Shown: positions 48,961 through 59,143 of the stretch, piece after piece
Layout of the letters: every line of letters starts with the position of its first letter
How positions within the stretch are numbered: the stretch's first letter is position 1
Origin: a virus
IMG/VR virus record: IMGVR_UViG_3300045988_112808
DNA length: 64,000 nt
Strand: one strand, 5' to 3'
Position numbers and translations under genes: made by a program
The notes under the pieces: model-generated
Databases searched by the model: none
Told to the model about the DNA's origin: nothing
What the model saw: the letters and a program-made list of their open reading frames with translations, nothing else

Positions 48961-49215
48961 TTACCAAGCGAGATAAAAATTCCGCTTCACAATAATACAA
49001 TGAGTGTAATTACTCAGGTCGATTCCGTTGTCCGTAAATGCATCCAGGACCCGTTTTTCCACGTATTTGAGTTTTACTGTTATCCCCTTCTTAAACACTT
49101 CTATTAACTTCTCATTGCACTCAATAGGTCCAATAAGACAGTATCTATTCGAAGGACTGTCTGATATACAATATGTCTGACATCCTAACATGTTGCTTAA
49201 AATTACTTCGTTCAT
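48961..49215 (-). CDS. hypothetical protein
   Basis: ORF track. Confidence 0.55.
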   Translation of the reverse strand: MNEVILSNMLGCQTYCISDSPSNRYCLIGPIECNEKLIEVFKKGITVKLKYVEKRVLDAFTDNGIDLSNYTHCIIVKRNFYLAW

Positions 49216-49222
49216 AATTTCT

Positions 49223-49699
49223 CTATGATTCTAATATGGTGTCTACAAACTCCGTTATTTTATCAACGGATTCTTTTGATAAGGTATATCTTCTCCAATC
49301 CCATCTAAAATGCGCTTTTGGGAGATTTTTAGTAGAATATTTTTCATTTCCGTCCTTGTTAGTCCATTCGTAATTATCCTCTGGATCCGCCACTTTTATC
49401 CCCGATTTAGGTCCGTTACGAAAGCTATATAGCATTCTTATAACCGATTCAAAATCCGAACCTATATCAAATAGCATATGATACGCCTTGTTTATTAAAG
49501 CCCTATCAGCTTGTTCCAAGTCTTCACCAAACAACTCTCTTACACTCCAATTTTTCATTTCTGAATAACGAATGAAATTAAGTTTCCCTTTTTCTATATT
49601 AGGATTTTTTCTTGATAATACAAGCTCCAAATCTTTCACAAATGATTCTTTTAGCTTCTGTTGTCCTAACAAGGCGGTGTATTTACTTACTATATCCAT
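49223..49699 (-). CDS. hypothetical protein
   Basis: ORF track. Confidence 0.6.
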   Translation of the reverse strand: MDIVSKYTALLGQQKLKESFVKDLELVLSRKNPNIEKGKLNFIRYSEMKNWSVRELFGEDLEQADRALINKAYHMLFDIGSDFESVIRMLYSFRNGPKSGIKVADPEDNYEWTNKDGNEKYSTKNLPKAHFRWDWRRYTLSKESVDKITEFVDTILES

Positions 49700-49965
49700 T
49701 ATCCAAAGTTTTTTAATATTACTCCAAACGAATCATATTTAACCCCTAATATATCATGTGCCTTTTGGGATCCACATTCACATTTTCCTACCTTCTGTCC
49801 TGATCCACACCCGCATAAGCCTATTCCCCAATGGTTGATACAGTGGTCGCAGCAGTAGGACTGGTGAAGCCATGTGGCATCACCAGTATCCAAATCCAAT
49901 TTTTTCAAATGTTTCCCAAAACATGCTATTCGAAGCACTATTATCAAATCTGATAGTGACTGCAC
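49699..49965 (-). CDS. Cys-rich metal-binding small protein
   Basis: CCDHC...CGCGSGQKVGKCECG. Confidence 0.55.
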   Translation of the reverse strand: MQSLSDLIIVLRIACFGKHLKKLDLDTGDATWLHQSYCCDHCINHWGIGLCGCGSGQKVGKCECGSQKAHDILGVKYDSFGVILKNFG

Positions 49966-50059
49966 CGCATTTACATTTTTGTATGTATTCTATTTTCATA
50001 TATGTTCCATTTTCAAAATATCTGGGGACAGATATTCTTGCAACTCCAATTTGCGTACA

Positions 50060-50791
50060 TTAAAGCGCCTCATCAGTTCCTAAAAGATGCTCGTTACCCT
50101 CAAAATGAATACAATAATCCCATAATGTTCCATTGGAACATTCGTACTTATAAGGCAATCCATTATAATCGTCCACAATTTCCCTTGCAAACAAACTGAT
50201 ATTCCATTTTTTATTTCCTTCTTTTCTTACCAGCACTTTATCAAACGGCTTAAACTCATATTTCGGTTTTTCTTCAATCCCGAAGAAGCGTTTCAGATAC
50301 TCTTTAGCTTCAGGTTCTTTGCTTGCCTTTAATGCGTCAACCAACTTTTGTCTTTCGGACTCAGTGGCAAATCTGTATTTTTCTATCTGATTTTCCCAAG
50401 CAGATAAACCATCTTCTATTTTAAGAATACCTTTTTGATTTAAAGAGGCATAAAAAGACGTTAAATATTTCCCATGTGTATTTAAAATAAAGATATAGCT
50501 ACCATCTTTATTACTTAACACCTCTCCATCTTTAAATGTAATATATTCTGGAACTTCAAGAAGGAGGCGATTTTCGCTGCTAAGTGCTTTTCCTGTAGCA
50601 GAAAACCAATCTGCCGATACAGAAATCGAATGAATTACAACCAATAACGGACAATTTGACGAATTGTCTTCATATACGATTTCTGCTCTATTTTGTCCTT
50701 TCTCTGTCACAATCCGACCTGCTATTTCCCCTATGTTTATTTTTTTCGCCATTTCTAAATCAAACGGAATTGTTACTGTTTTCTGTTCCAT
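50060..50791 (-). CDS. hypothetical protein, tandem paralog A
   Basis: shares IPFDL..A.KI..GEI, FKPF.+VLVR, CI.+EGNEHLLGT with neighbour. Confidence 0.65.
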   Translation of the reverse strand: MEQKTVTIPFDLEMAKKINIGEIAGRIVTEKGQNRAEIVYEDNSSNCPLLVVIHSISVSADWFSATGKALSSENRLLLEVPEYITFKDGEVLSNKDGSYIFILNTHGKYLTSFYASLNQKGILKIEDGLSAWENQIEKYRFATESERQKLVDALKASKEPEAKEYLKRFFGIEEKPKYEFKPFDKVLVRKEGNKKWNISLFAREIVDDYNGLPYKYECSNGTLWDYCIHFEGNEHLLGTDEAL

Positions 50792-50795
50792 AATC

Positions 50796-51536
50796 TTATT
50801 TGTTTTTATTAGTTCCTAAAAGATGTTCGTTCCCTTCGTATGGGATACACTGACTAAATCCTACCCCTCCTAAGCATTCGTATTTATTATCTCCTACTGA
50901 TTCTCTGGAAAATAGATGCAATTTCCACCTCTCTTGGTTAGTTCTTCTCACCAGCACTCGTTCAAATGGTTTGAAGTCGCGTTTCGGCATCTCATCTAAT
51001 AGATACTCATATTCACTTAAATATCGTTTTATTATATCTATTTTTCTACTGTCTTCCGCTTTTATAATCTTTTCTGCTAAAAATTTCTTCTCTTCCTCTA
51101 TAGCCTTTCTTACATGCCGTTTTTTATCTTCATCATACACATCAGTCCATAATCCGCTATGATCAAACTCAATATCTCCAGATGTTACCATTCCACATAT
51201 ACTTCCCATTACCCCTTTGGTAATAAGTCCATCATATATAAATTGACATCCTTTAGTGCTTGTTAATACATCTCCTTTCTTAAAATACGCTCCAGCCTCT
51301 ACCCTCAATTCCAGAGTGGCGTCAGCAAAAGTACAACCTTCTGTGTTAGCATATATAGCACTTATCCCATATCCATCTTTTTTTACAAAAAGTAAATTAT
51401 AAGGACTTGTACAGTCTTTCGACTCATATACAAATTCTATTTCAATATCATTAATTAATACCGAACCTTCTATTTCTCCGCTTTTAATTTTTCTCGCCGT
51501 ATTTAAATCAAACGGAACAATAATTGGATTTTCCAT
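50796..51536 (-). CDS. hypothetical protein, tandem paralog B
   Basis: see paralog A. Confidence 0.65.
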   Translation of the reverse strand: MENPIIVPFDLNTARKIKSGEIEGSVLINDIEIEFVYESKDCTSPYNLLFVKKDGYGISAIYANTEGCTFADATLELRVEAGAYFKKGDVLTSTKGCQFIYDGLITKGVMGSICGMVTSGDIEFDHSGLWTDVYDEDKKRHVRKAIEEEKKFLAEKIIKAEDSRKIDIIKRYLSEYEYLLDEMPKRDFKPFERVLVRRTNQERWKLHLFSRESVGDNKYECLGGVGFSQCIPYEGNEHLLGTNKNK

Positions 51537-51565
51537 ATCTTTTCGTTTTTAATTGTTATAAAACA

Positions 51566-51588
51566 GGATGGGTTACTTACGCCCATCC
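51566..51588 (-). terminator. possible intrinsic terminator
   Basis: GGATGGG/CCCATCC stem; on minus strand followed by TGTTTTAT. Confidence 0.45.
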
Positions 51589-51616
51589 CAGTTGTTTCGC
51601 AATACTTTCCATCTCG

Positions 51617-52630
51617 CTATATGCAATCCGGTGGCATCCAGCGGTTAACAAATCGTTTTCGTACCGATTTAGACTCCACTGGTGGCCGGTGACGTCCTCC
51701 ACCAGACCGTGCCGAAACTCGGCGCATTGCCGACACAGCCCGCCACAGTTTTCTGGCTTCTGCTATTCCAATCTTTATCTGTTTACTTGTCTCAATAATA
51801 TTTCCTTTTATACGAATCCAGGCGTTAGGTTTTTCACCAGGAATATAGAAAGGTGTATTCAAGAAATTGATTTCTCCTGACTTCCACTCTTCCAGTTTTT
51901 CATCAAAATCCTTGTAACGGGCTTCTTCTTCCTTTCTTAATCTCTCTAATTTTATTCTTTCTCTTTCTTCCTCACCCTTTCTCCATCTTTCAGATCTTTC
52001 TGAATACTTAATCCATGTACCTTCCCCGCAAACTTCATCAACAATCACATTTACGGTCCCTAACACTTTTAATCCTTGATGATCTAATAAAATTTGAAAG
52101 ATGCGTTTTAATTCATGTACGTGCTTACGCTTGATACTATCTCCGCTCTTGGATAATTCATGATTGGTTCCAAGCCAATCATTAGCACTCTTTTTAAGGA
52201 TACTCTTAGCAGTCCCCATGTTAAAGAACTGAATGTAATCCATCATATTCCCAAAAGCGCCCCAAATATCTGTATAAGATAATTCTGTTTTAGCTCTTTT
52301 GTATTTTTCAATAGACTTCTTAATTGATTCCAGTTTGCTGGCAACAAACCTCATATTACCAGTATCCGATATATTATCCCCTACACTGAAAACCATTGCC
52401 CAAGTTGGTATCGCATTACGAACATAGCATTGATGTTTGCTCGTAGTAGCAGAATAATAATCTTCATTTATCAGGTATGCTTTCTTCCCTTGTTTGTTTT
52501 TTACTATTCTCCCGACTTCAAAGTGATGCCCATAAGAATAAATACTTGTACCTTCAAAGAAGAAATTGCTCCCTGATGCTGATTCTTCTTGTTCATGAGC
52601 CCACAAGTGAGCGACCATTGAATTGTTCAT
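51617..52630 (-). CDS. hypothetical protein with Glu/Arg-rich coiled-coil; C-terminal 35 aa encoded by GC-rich island
   Basis: ORF track. Confidence 0.65.
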   Translation of the reverse strand: MNNSMVAHLWAHEQEESASGSNFFFEGTSIYSYGHHFEVGRIVKNKQGKKAYLINEDYYSATTSKHQCYVRNAIPTWAMVFSVGDNISDTGNMRFVASKLESIKKSIEKYKRAKTELSYTDIWGAFGNMMDYIQFFNMGTAKSILKKSANDWLGTNHELSKSGDSIKRKHVHELKRIFQILLDHQGLKVLGTVNVIVDEVCGEGTWIKYSERSERWRKGEEERERIKLERLRKEEEARYKDFDEKLEEWKSGEINFLNTPFYIPGEKPNAWIRIKGNIIETSKQIKIGIAEARKLWRAVSAMRRVSARSGGGRHRPPVESKSVRKRFVNRWMPPDCI

Positions 52631-52642
52631 ATAAATATCTTT

Positions 52643-53050
52643 TTAATTGTTTAACTTACCTTTATCATATGACATTCTCTTTTCGTATTTTTCAATACGT
52701 TCGGTTATCATATCGCAGAAGACTTGCCCCTCTTTTTCGGAACCTCTGAAGTAACCAACCATCTTCAGGATATTTCCGTCAAATTCATGGACAAACTTGT
52801 TATAATAATGTTCACCCATTACCCGTCCGTATTTTTCTACGAACAAATCCTTGTCCAGTGATTCATCCTTAAAGCAACGGTTGTAATCCCATCTTACGAT
52901 ACGAAACAATGTTTCAAAATTCAATCTTTCCATATCTTGTATTTTATGGATTTCCTCACATTCTTCATCCGTTAATCCAGTGTAATCATCATTGATTAAC
53001 GGACAAGCCCAACAAGATGGCAACCTGTATCTTATTACTTTTATGCTCAT
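52643..53050 (-). CDS. hypothetical protein
   Basis: ORF track. Confidence 0.6.
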   Translation of the reverse strand: MSIKVIRYRLPSCWACPLINDDYTGLTDEECEEIHKIQDMERLNFETLFRIVRWDYNRCFKDESLDKDLFVEKYGRVMGEHYYNKFVHEFDGNILKMVGYFRGSEKEGQVFCDMITERIEKYEKRMSYDKGKLNN

Positions 53051-53496
53051 AGTTTTATTAATCTACAGTTACTATCTTCAAATACCGGAACCTTCCCTTG
53101 TTCTCTAAAATAAGCAGTGGCCACCTTGAAAGCATAAAGCGGATTTACTTTCTGGATTTCTTGTTGTGATTTATAGAAAGATACTGGCTGGCATACATAG
53201 AAATTTTCATTGCCAAGGCAACCGAAAAGCCAATCCATATCGGATCCACCGCAATTAGTACCTCCAAGTACGATTATATCGCACCCGGTCTTTCTTGTTC
53301 CCAAAATAAATGTCTTGTTCTTATTCTCTGGCTGCATAAATATCTCCCTGTCGATTATAAACCAGTCACTCTGGCAGCTCTCTACATCCCGGCGAACGAT
53401 TTCGTCAATTTCATGGGCATATTCTTCTTGTGTTTTCATAAGATATGTTATTAAAAAATGATAACTGAATGTATTTCTTAAAAGAAACTCCAACAA
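53047..53496 (-). CDS. hypothetical protein (likely true start ATG at 53439, MKTQEEY)
   Basis: track ORF starts with non-ATG codon. Confidence 0.55.
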   Translation of the reverse strand: MLEFLLRNTFSYHFLITYLMKTQEEYAHEIDEIVRRDVESCQSDWFIIDREIFMQPENKNKTFILGTRKTGCDIIVLGGTNCGGSDMDWLFGCLGNENFYVCQPVSFYKSQQEIQKVNPLYAFKVATAYFREQGKVPVFEDSNCRLIKL

Positions 53497-53548
53497 AATG
53501 TTACGATAAATTCTCCCATCCCGTATTCAGCAAGTTGCTTAAATGATT

Positions 53549-53890
53549 CTATCCCATTACAATAATAAAAACATCATCATTATCATCATCGTTGATACTC
53601 AGCGATAGTTTGATTGTCGCTCTTTTATCGTCTCCTGTCTCCTTCCATACAATCTGACATTCTACGTATTCAGGCTCCTTACCTGTTCTTTCTACAAATT
53701 CATGAAATCTTAAATCAATTTCATGTTTGACTTCTTCAACGTTAGATATTATTACCTCATTTTCACAATCCCCGCAAATAGCATGCGCGAAAGATCCATC
53801 AAAATAATCTATTATTTCTCTGGTATTCGGATTTACTATGGCTTCACAAGCAACCTTTGTTCCACCACATCTTGTACATATATATCCCAT
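53549..53890 (-). CDS. zinc-ribbon protein
   Basis: CTRCGG...C...CGDC. Confidence 0.55.
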   Translation of the reverse strand: MGYICTRCGGTKVACEAIVNPNTREIIDYFDGSFAHAICGDCENEVIISNVEEVKHEIDLRFHEFVERTGKEPEYVECQIVWKETGDDKRATIKLSLSINDDDNDDVFIIVMG

Positions 53891-53935
53891 AATTATCTTC
53901 TTTTAAAATGTTCAATAATTTCATCTACTGTAACC

Positions 53936-54088
53936 TTACGCCATGTGATGCAGCCCGCGTCTCCCCTGAACCGGAGCTCTTCGCACTTTACCCCACCTGT
54001 CTCCTGTGGCGTCCGTCACTATCAGCCGTTGACCTGAATCAGTATTATTTGTAATTCTTTGGTGTTCTTTCTGATAATACACCCTCAT
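53936..54088 (-). CDS. possible small basic protein (50 aa) encoded across GC-rich island, with GGGGAG Shine-Dalgarno
   Basis: ATG ORF MRVYYQKEHQRITNNTDSGQRLIVTDATGDRWGKVRRAPVQGRRGLHHMA. Confidence 0.3.
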   Translation of the reverse strand: MRVYYQKEHQRITNNTDSGQRLIVTDATGDRWGKVRRAPVQGRRGLHHMA

Positions 54089-54103
54089 GATCTCCCCATC
54101 TCC

Positions 54104-54904
54104 TTATTCTTTCAAGTTATGTTTTTTCATTATTTCTTCTATCAATTCGTCTGTTTCCATATAATAATCCCAACAGGAATCAACCTCTTCCCATTCTTCT
54201 CCCTCTTCATCCTCCCTGGATTCATCTTTGTATTTCTTGACAAATTTCACTTTCTTTTCAAGCACATACCCCTTTACATCTCCCCACATCCACATACCTA
54301 TGAATTTCACTTCATCATCAATCAATTTGTCAATTTGGGTTTTCCAATCGGAAGTATTATTACTAACCATTTTTGTGTACCTCTCCTTTGTACAGAAAGC
54401 TATACCTTTAACATAATCCCATTGACTGTATCCTGTTGTGGACCATTCTTTGACAAATATATCTTTGCCTAAGTCTGAAAGAATCTGAATCAATTCTTTA
54501 CATCCTAAGTCTTCTATAAATTCATACGTATAATCATACGTGTAAAGATCTGATGGAGAAATGCTAAAAATTTCTTTATAATACCACATTTTATCATGGT
54601 TATCATATCTCAGTTGATAACCGTCAATCTTGCCTTTCTTAAAATAATTCAGCAAGTCTTTCCATTTAACATATTTACTAATAAGTTTATGTAGTGCATC
54701 TATAAGCGAGTGTCGACTATCTCCGTATTTACCAAATACTTCTCTCCAATCGCACACATCTTGCAGTTGGTATGAATCGCTATATTCCCATAAGAAATAT
54801 GCTGCCATATCCCAACTTTCACAAGGACATATACTGTCAGTATCATAGTATATTTTTATACGATAATTCCCTACTTCTTTTGTTGTAATAAGTCTGTCTT
54901 CCAT
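54104..54904 (-). CDS. hypothetical protein
   Basis: ORF track. Confidence 0.65.
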   Translation of the reverse strand: MEDRLITTKEVGNYRIKIYYDTDSICPCESWDMAAYFLWEYSDSYQLQDVCDWREVFGKYGDSRHSLIDALHKLISKYVKWKDLLNYFKKGKIDGYQLRYDNHDKMWYYKEIFSISPSDLYTYDYTYEFIEDLGCKELIQILSDLGKDIFVKEWSTTGYSQWDYVKGIAFCTKERYTKMVSNNTSDWKTQIDKLIDDEVKFIGMWMWGDVKGYVLEKKVKFVKKYKDESREDEEGEEWEEVDSCWDYYMETDELIEEIMKKHNLKE

Positions 54905-54917
54905 GTTTTTTTATATT

Positions 54918-55370
54918 TTAAATAGTTTTTAACTTCTCATCAATAAATGCATCTATTACATCATAGTATGAACCATTAAAATCATAATTTTCATATTTTT
55001 CCGTAAACTCTTTAGCCCACTCTCGAATGATGTTAAATGCCTGTTCCCTGCTATATTCTTTTGGTCCTGTTAGATACTCCACAGCTTCCACCGATAACTC
55101 TTGCAGATTTCGTAAGTAATTTAAACCAATGCTATATGGTAGCTTACCTACTTCTATACATACATGATGATCTTGTTTAAAGGCGTCCTGCAAGTCTTCA
55201 GGACTCTCTATCAATGACTCAGACTCATCATCTACCCTCACCTTGTATAACTCAAAATCTTCATTTTCTGCCGACACCCATATCTTGTAGGCTTTTTCGT
55301 TGGACAATCTTTTCCAAACAAATCCGTCGCTGAATACAATCAGGCTACCTGTTACTATCGTTCCTTTCAT
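54918..55370 (-). CDS. hypothetical protein
   Basis: ORF track. Confidence 0.6.
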   Translation of the reverse strand: MKGTIVTGSLIVFSDGFVWKRLSNEKAYKIWVSAENEDFELYKVRVDDESESLIESPEDLQDAFKQDHHVCIEVGKLPYSIGLNYLRNLQELSVEAVEYLTGPKEYSREQAFNIIREWAKEFTEKYENYDFNGSYYDVIDAFIDEKLKTI

Positions 55371-55651
55371 TTTTCTTCCTCCTCATTATCCCATCCTAAA
55401 CAAGAATCTAAATGTGAAATAAAAATTGTAGCTCCCTTATTTTCTTCCACAGTAGGATACTCTACCTCATAATAGTCAAATTCAGAGCTCTCTAATCCGA
55501 CCCTATCTTCATCCCATCCATTTTTGGTTCCATCCTCTGCCATTTCTTTAAGCTTTTCCAAAGCCTCTTCTGGTGTTTCTGCTTCAATGGATAATCTATC
55601 TTTCATCCATCCATAAACTCTTCTTTCTACTTCAAATATAAATTCTTTCAT
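55367..55651 (-). CDS. hypothetical acidic protein
   Basis: ORF track. Confidence 0.55.
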   Translation of the reverse strand: MKEFIFEVERRVYGWMKDRLSIEAETPEEALEKLKEMAEDGTKNGWDEDRVGLESSEFDYYEVEYPTVEENKGATIFISHLDSCLGWDNEEEEK

Positions 55652-55691
55652 TTCGCTATTTTTTTTTGTTTATTATATTTCACATCTTGTA

Positions 55692-56012
55692 TCAAATAAC
55701 CTCCTTGGAAGCATTATTTAATGGTGATTCCTTCAATCTCTTTAGATTAAATCCTATCATATTCCCACACTGTGGACACTTAAAACCATAAGGTTCACTA
55801 ACCATCCTGTCACTTCTGTTGCACATCATACAGTATGGTCGCCATCCGTCATACCATGTCCCTCCCTTGGCTTCCTTCAATCTTCTCAACTTTTCTTTTT
55901 CTGGAAGATCTATATTCTGTTTTAGTGTTTCCATTAATCTGTTGTTTACCGTGATAATATCAATATCTGAGACATCAAAACATAATACGGCTATTTTGAT
56001 TTTCGCTTCCAT
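55692..56012 (-). CDS. zinc-ribbon protein
   Basis: CMMC...CPQCG. Confidence 0.55.
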   Translation of the reverse strand: MEAKIKIAVLCFDVSDIDIITVNNRLMETLKQNIDLPEKEKLRRLKEAKGGTWYDGWRPYCMMCNRSDRMVSEPYGFKCPQCGNMIGFNLKRLKESPLNNASKEVI

Positions 56013-56018
56013 GATTGT

Positions 56019-56198
56019 TTATTGTTCTACATCAATAATCCCATACTCTGCTACTTCCAACACATCCTGCACTATTTCCGGATAGTCAGTCGTATCTAAC
56101 GAAGCATCTTGAACGTATGCTTCCGCTAATTTCTTGGCTTCTTCAAACGATTCGGCTTGTATATATAAATCAAGCGTCAATGAAAACGGATATAACAT
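56019..56198 (-). CDS. small acidic hypothetical protein (59 aa)
   Basis: ATG ORF one codon below cutoff. Confidence 0.45.
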   Translation of the reverse strand: MLYPFSLTLDLYIQAESFEEAKKLAEAYVQDASLDTTDYPEIVQDVLEVAEYGIIDVEQ

Positions 56199-56200
56199 AG

Positions 56201-56515
56201 CTAATCTGTTATTCTGTAATAATAATCAAGTTCTTCTCCCTTAAAGTTGTTCATGGCATACTCGTCAGCTTCCCGCCACAACCGGTCATACAATGCAGCC
56301 AGTTCACGATTGCTTTTATAATGTTGCCAGATTTTATGATTCAATACCAGCGTCAATTCTGTAAAGAACTTATAATCGTCTTTCCATTCGCTGAACGCAC
56401 GTTTGTAGGTATCTTTGACACCTGCTATACCATACTTGTCGGCTATGCTGAAATCTTCCCAAAAGGTAGTTATCAGGTCATAGCCATTCTCCTGCATAAA
56501 TTCTCGAAATGTCAT
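56201..56515 (-). CDS. hypothetical protein
   Basis: ORF track. Confidence 0.6.
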   Translation of the reverse strand: MTFREFMQENGYDLITTFWEDFSIADKYGIAGVKDTYKRAFSEWKDDYKFFTELTLVLNHKIWQHYKSNRELAALYDRLWREADEYAMNNFKGEELDYYYRITD

Positions 56516-56522
56516 ATCCTAA

Positions 56523-57218
56523 CTATTTAAAGGCAATTCCATAATTACTCCAAAACTTTACTTGTTGAGACAAATTCCACGGCATAGTGTTGTATGCTTG
56601 AAAATATTCCCACTCGATTTTATCCTCAAAGCCGGGACAATGATGTTTGACGTAAGCATAAAACTCATCATGCTTCTGTTTTGCAAAATCATCCCCTTCT
56701 TCATCCAGCATGACAATTTTTGGTTTGTTTGCCTCCCGACATTGTTTTGCGGTTTGATAGAATCGCCGAAAGTGTTCGGCATAATACTCGTTTCCGCTAT
56801 AATCAACGAAGGTAACTTTACCTCCATAAATTTTGCAAACCCTTAAAGGTTCCCGTGTTGCTCTCTTTACCGGTCTTGAACCATCCCATAGCCAACCACA
56901 GAACTGTATGCCATCCCAGACAAGATACGGTAAGTATTTTAAAGAAAAAGACTCTATATTCAACACCTCATATTGTACAGGATTAGTTTCTTGTGCTGCA
57001 TCTTCAGCGGTTTTGTATATGGGCATACTTACCTTAAATTTTTCCTCTCCCAATTTGCTGCCAAACCAAAAGATATGTTCGGTATCCACGTTGTTTCCAC
57101 AAATACCGGTATCTTTTATTCTCATGCCGCGATATTCTGCTTCACGAATCACTCCGTTTCTGTGCATAAATACCCTTGTTCCAAAGGGGAACGGGTAAAC
57201 TGATACTTTTCTTTCCAT
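56523..57218 (-). CDS. hypothetical protein
   Basis: ORF track. Confidence 0.65.
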   Translation of the reverse strand: MERKVSVYPFPFGTRVFMHRNGVIREAEYRGMRIKDTGICGNNVDTEHIFWFGSKLGEEKFKVSMPIYKTAEDAAQETNPVQYEVLNIESFSLKYLPYLVWDGIQFCGWLWDGSRPVKRATREPLRVCKIYGGKVTFVDYSGNEYYAEHFRRFYQTAKQCREANKPKIVMLDEEGDDFAKQKHDEFYAYVKHHCPGFEDKIEWEYFQAYNTMPWNLSQQVKFWSNYGIAFK

Positions 57219-57268
57219 ATTGTTTTATTTATAAATTAAAATTCAGCAATATAACTATATACATAATT

Positions 57269-58024
57269 TTATTTTCCCCAGCACCAAAAATTTACAGCGT
57301 ATTTCCCGGTAGTTATAAATATCTTACCTCCTCCTATCTCCGCAAGTATGTTCTTTCCAAATATCCTTGTAAGAAGCGGTATATACTTTGCATCTATAGG
57401 TAAATCCTGGATTTCTTTTATAGGTCTATATGGCACAAACGCTTTGTTCTCATATACCATCTCAATATACAATCCATCCGGTGATTCAAACACGTCTTTC
57501 CCTTTCTGTCTCATCCCAGATCGTATTATCCGTTCTTTCCAAGATTGAATATATGATTTTCTAAGGGTCTCATTTATCTTATTAATGACCTCTTCCTTAA
57601 ATTCGTAATACTCATATATACGACCTTTGTAGTCAGCTATCATTTCTTCAATCTTACTTTCGGATGCCCATAATCCATAATACACATAGCAATCCAATAA
57701 TCTATCTACTGAAGAAACACCAATCAGTACCATTTTAGAAAGTGGATTTCCCTCTTTTTCCAATTCTTCTCTTGCTCTGTCTGTCACCGCATCCCACCAT
57801 TGCCCTTCACACTTCTCTATCTCCCCGTTGTCAAGTACGATATCGAACTTTCTACCTCCGAAAGCTTCTCTTCTCTCATTTCTCTTTGCAAGGAAATCAT
57901 AGAATACACCTCCTATCCTTCCAATAATGGTATCATCTCCGTACTTTGTGCTAATTTTATCAGGCATTTCGTCGAAGACAAGAAACTTCGATTTTCCTGA
58001 TTCTACTAAGTATAATAGCTTCAT
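57269..58024 (-). CDS. hypothetical protein
   Basis: ORF track. Confidence 0.65.
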   Translation of the reverse strand: MKLLYLVESGKSKFLVFDEMPDKISTKYGDDTIIGRIGGVFYDFLAKRNERREAFGGRKFDIVLDNGEIEKCEGQWWDAVTDRAREELEKEGNPLSKMVLIGVSSVDRLLDCYVYYGLWASESKIEEMIADYKGRIYEYYEFKEEVINKINETLRKSYIQSWKERIIRSGMRQKGKDVFESPDGLYIEMVYENKAFVPYRPIKEIQDLPIDAKYIPLLTRIFGKNILAEIGGGKIFITTGKYAVNFWCWGK

Positions 58025-58035
58025 GATTTATCTCT

Positions 58036-58515
58036 TTAGATGTAAGTTATGCTGCCAACATTAATCTGCATTATATCGTTTTCCAGCGTAATGAAATTAT
58101 TTTGTTTTATGGGTCCAAACATCAATCCATATACACTTACTGTATTAAACAGCCTAACAGTGTGAAAATCTTCATTTAGCTCTACCCTGTTTTTATCCCA
58201 ATATCCCAAATCGTTGATAGTTGCCGGGAATCCTCCTACGTCGTTATGCCTGTAGTAATCGTTTTTATTGAAAACGATTCCCTTTATTAACAGGTTACCG
58301 ATGCTTTTCATGTTGAATCCGGACAACGCGATCTGCTCTGAGATATAACTAATCAAACAGTTATGATACGTGTTTGGCCTATCTCCTCTCTCGTTAATAA
58401 TTTTCTTCCATTTCTTCGTTAATGGAACCCTAATATCCATATATGTACCAAATACGACTATGTTAGGACATTCTCCTTCAAACTTCGTTAAATCTTCTAC
58501 TTTCATAATTAACAA
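58036..58515 (-). CDS. hypothetical protein
   Basis: ORF track. Confidence 0.6.
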   Translation of the reverse strand: MLIMKVEDLTKFEGECPNIVVFGTYMDIRVPLTKKWKKIINERGDRPNTYHNCLISYISEQIALSGFNMKSIGNLLIKGIVFNKNDYYRHNDVGGFPATINDLGYWDKNRVELNEDFHTVRLFNTVSVYGLMFGPIKQNNFITLENDIMQINVGSITYI

Positions 58516-58608
58516 ACATTTGTATTGTTTTCGTTGTTCACTATCTGATTAATGTATGATCCTGGCCACGAACAGCCAGGCTGACCTCATAGCAGGACGG
58601 GCGCTGCC

Positions 58609-58797
58609 CTACTCTAGCTGTTCTACCCACTCTCTGTACCCTACGTTAAAACCAATAGGATCATACCTTTTGATCATAGTACCATAATTCTCTCTACCGC
58701 AATACCTGTTTTTTCCTCCAATAATCCATCTCTCATCGTCTCTATCTGGAGATATGGAGTTAAGATACTTTTCATAATCCTTTCTACTCTTTCCCAT
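58609..58797 (-). CDS. hypothetical protein
   Basis: ORF track. Confidence 0.5.
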   Translation of the reverse strand: MGKSRKDYEKYLNSISPDRDDERWIIGGKNRYCGRENYGTMIKRYDPIGFNVGYREWVEQLE

Positions 58798-59143
58798 CTT
58801 TGTCTTGATTTAAACAATAGTTAATAAAATAAGCAACCTGTTCATTTTCCCCTGTATTATCAAAATCACCTAAAGTCATATCATCATAATCCAGCAGAAC
58901 CATACGAAAACCGTTTTTTTTGACATACACCTCCGTTAAAAACATAGGAATCCCAGCAATTTCTATTATCACCGGAAACTGATCATCAAAGTCAAACGCA
59001 TTATTATCTTCTCCCCATTTTTTAAATTTTAGCTTTATACTTCCACCGTTCTCCACTAATGCCTCTTTGATGTACTTTAATCTTTTTGCATTCAGATCAA
59101 TCTCTGCTTTTTCTATTTCTTTGTACAATTCATTCAGATCCAT
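58784..59143 (-). CDS. hypothetical protein
   Basis: ORF track. Confidence 0.6.
   Translation of the reverse strand: MDLNELYKEIEKAEIDLNAKRLKYIKEALVENGGSIKLKFKKWGEDNNAFDFDDQFPVIIEIAGIPMFLTEVYVKKNGFRMVLLDYDDMTLGDFDNTGENEQVAYFINYCLNQDKDGKE

Noticed and set aside
53723-54037. Plus-strand 104-aa ORF
   Set aside because: Antisense to a minus-strand intergenic GC island with junk-like composition; the only plausible ORF there is on the minus strand.
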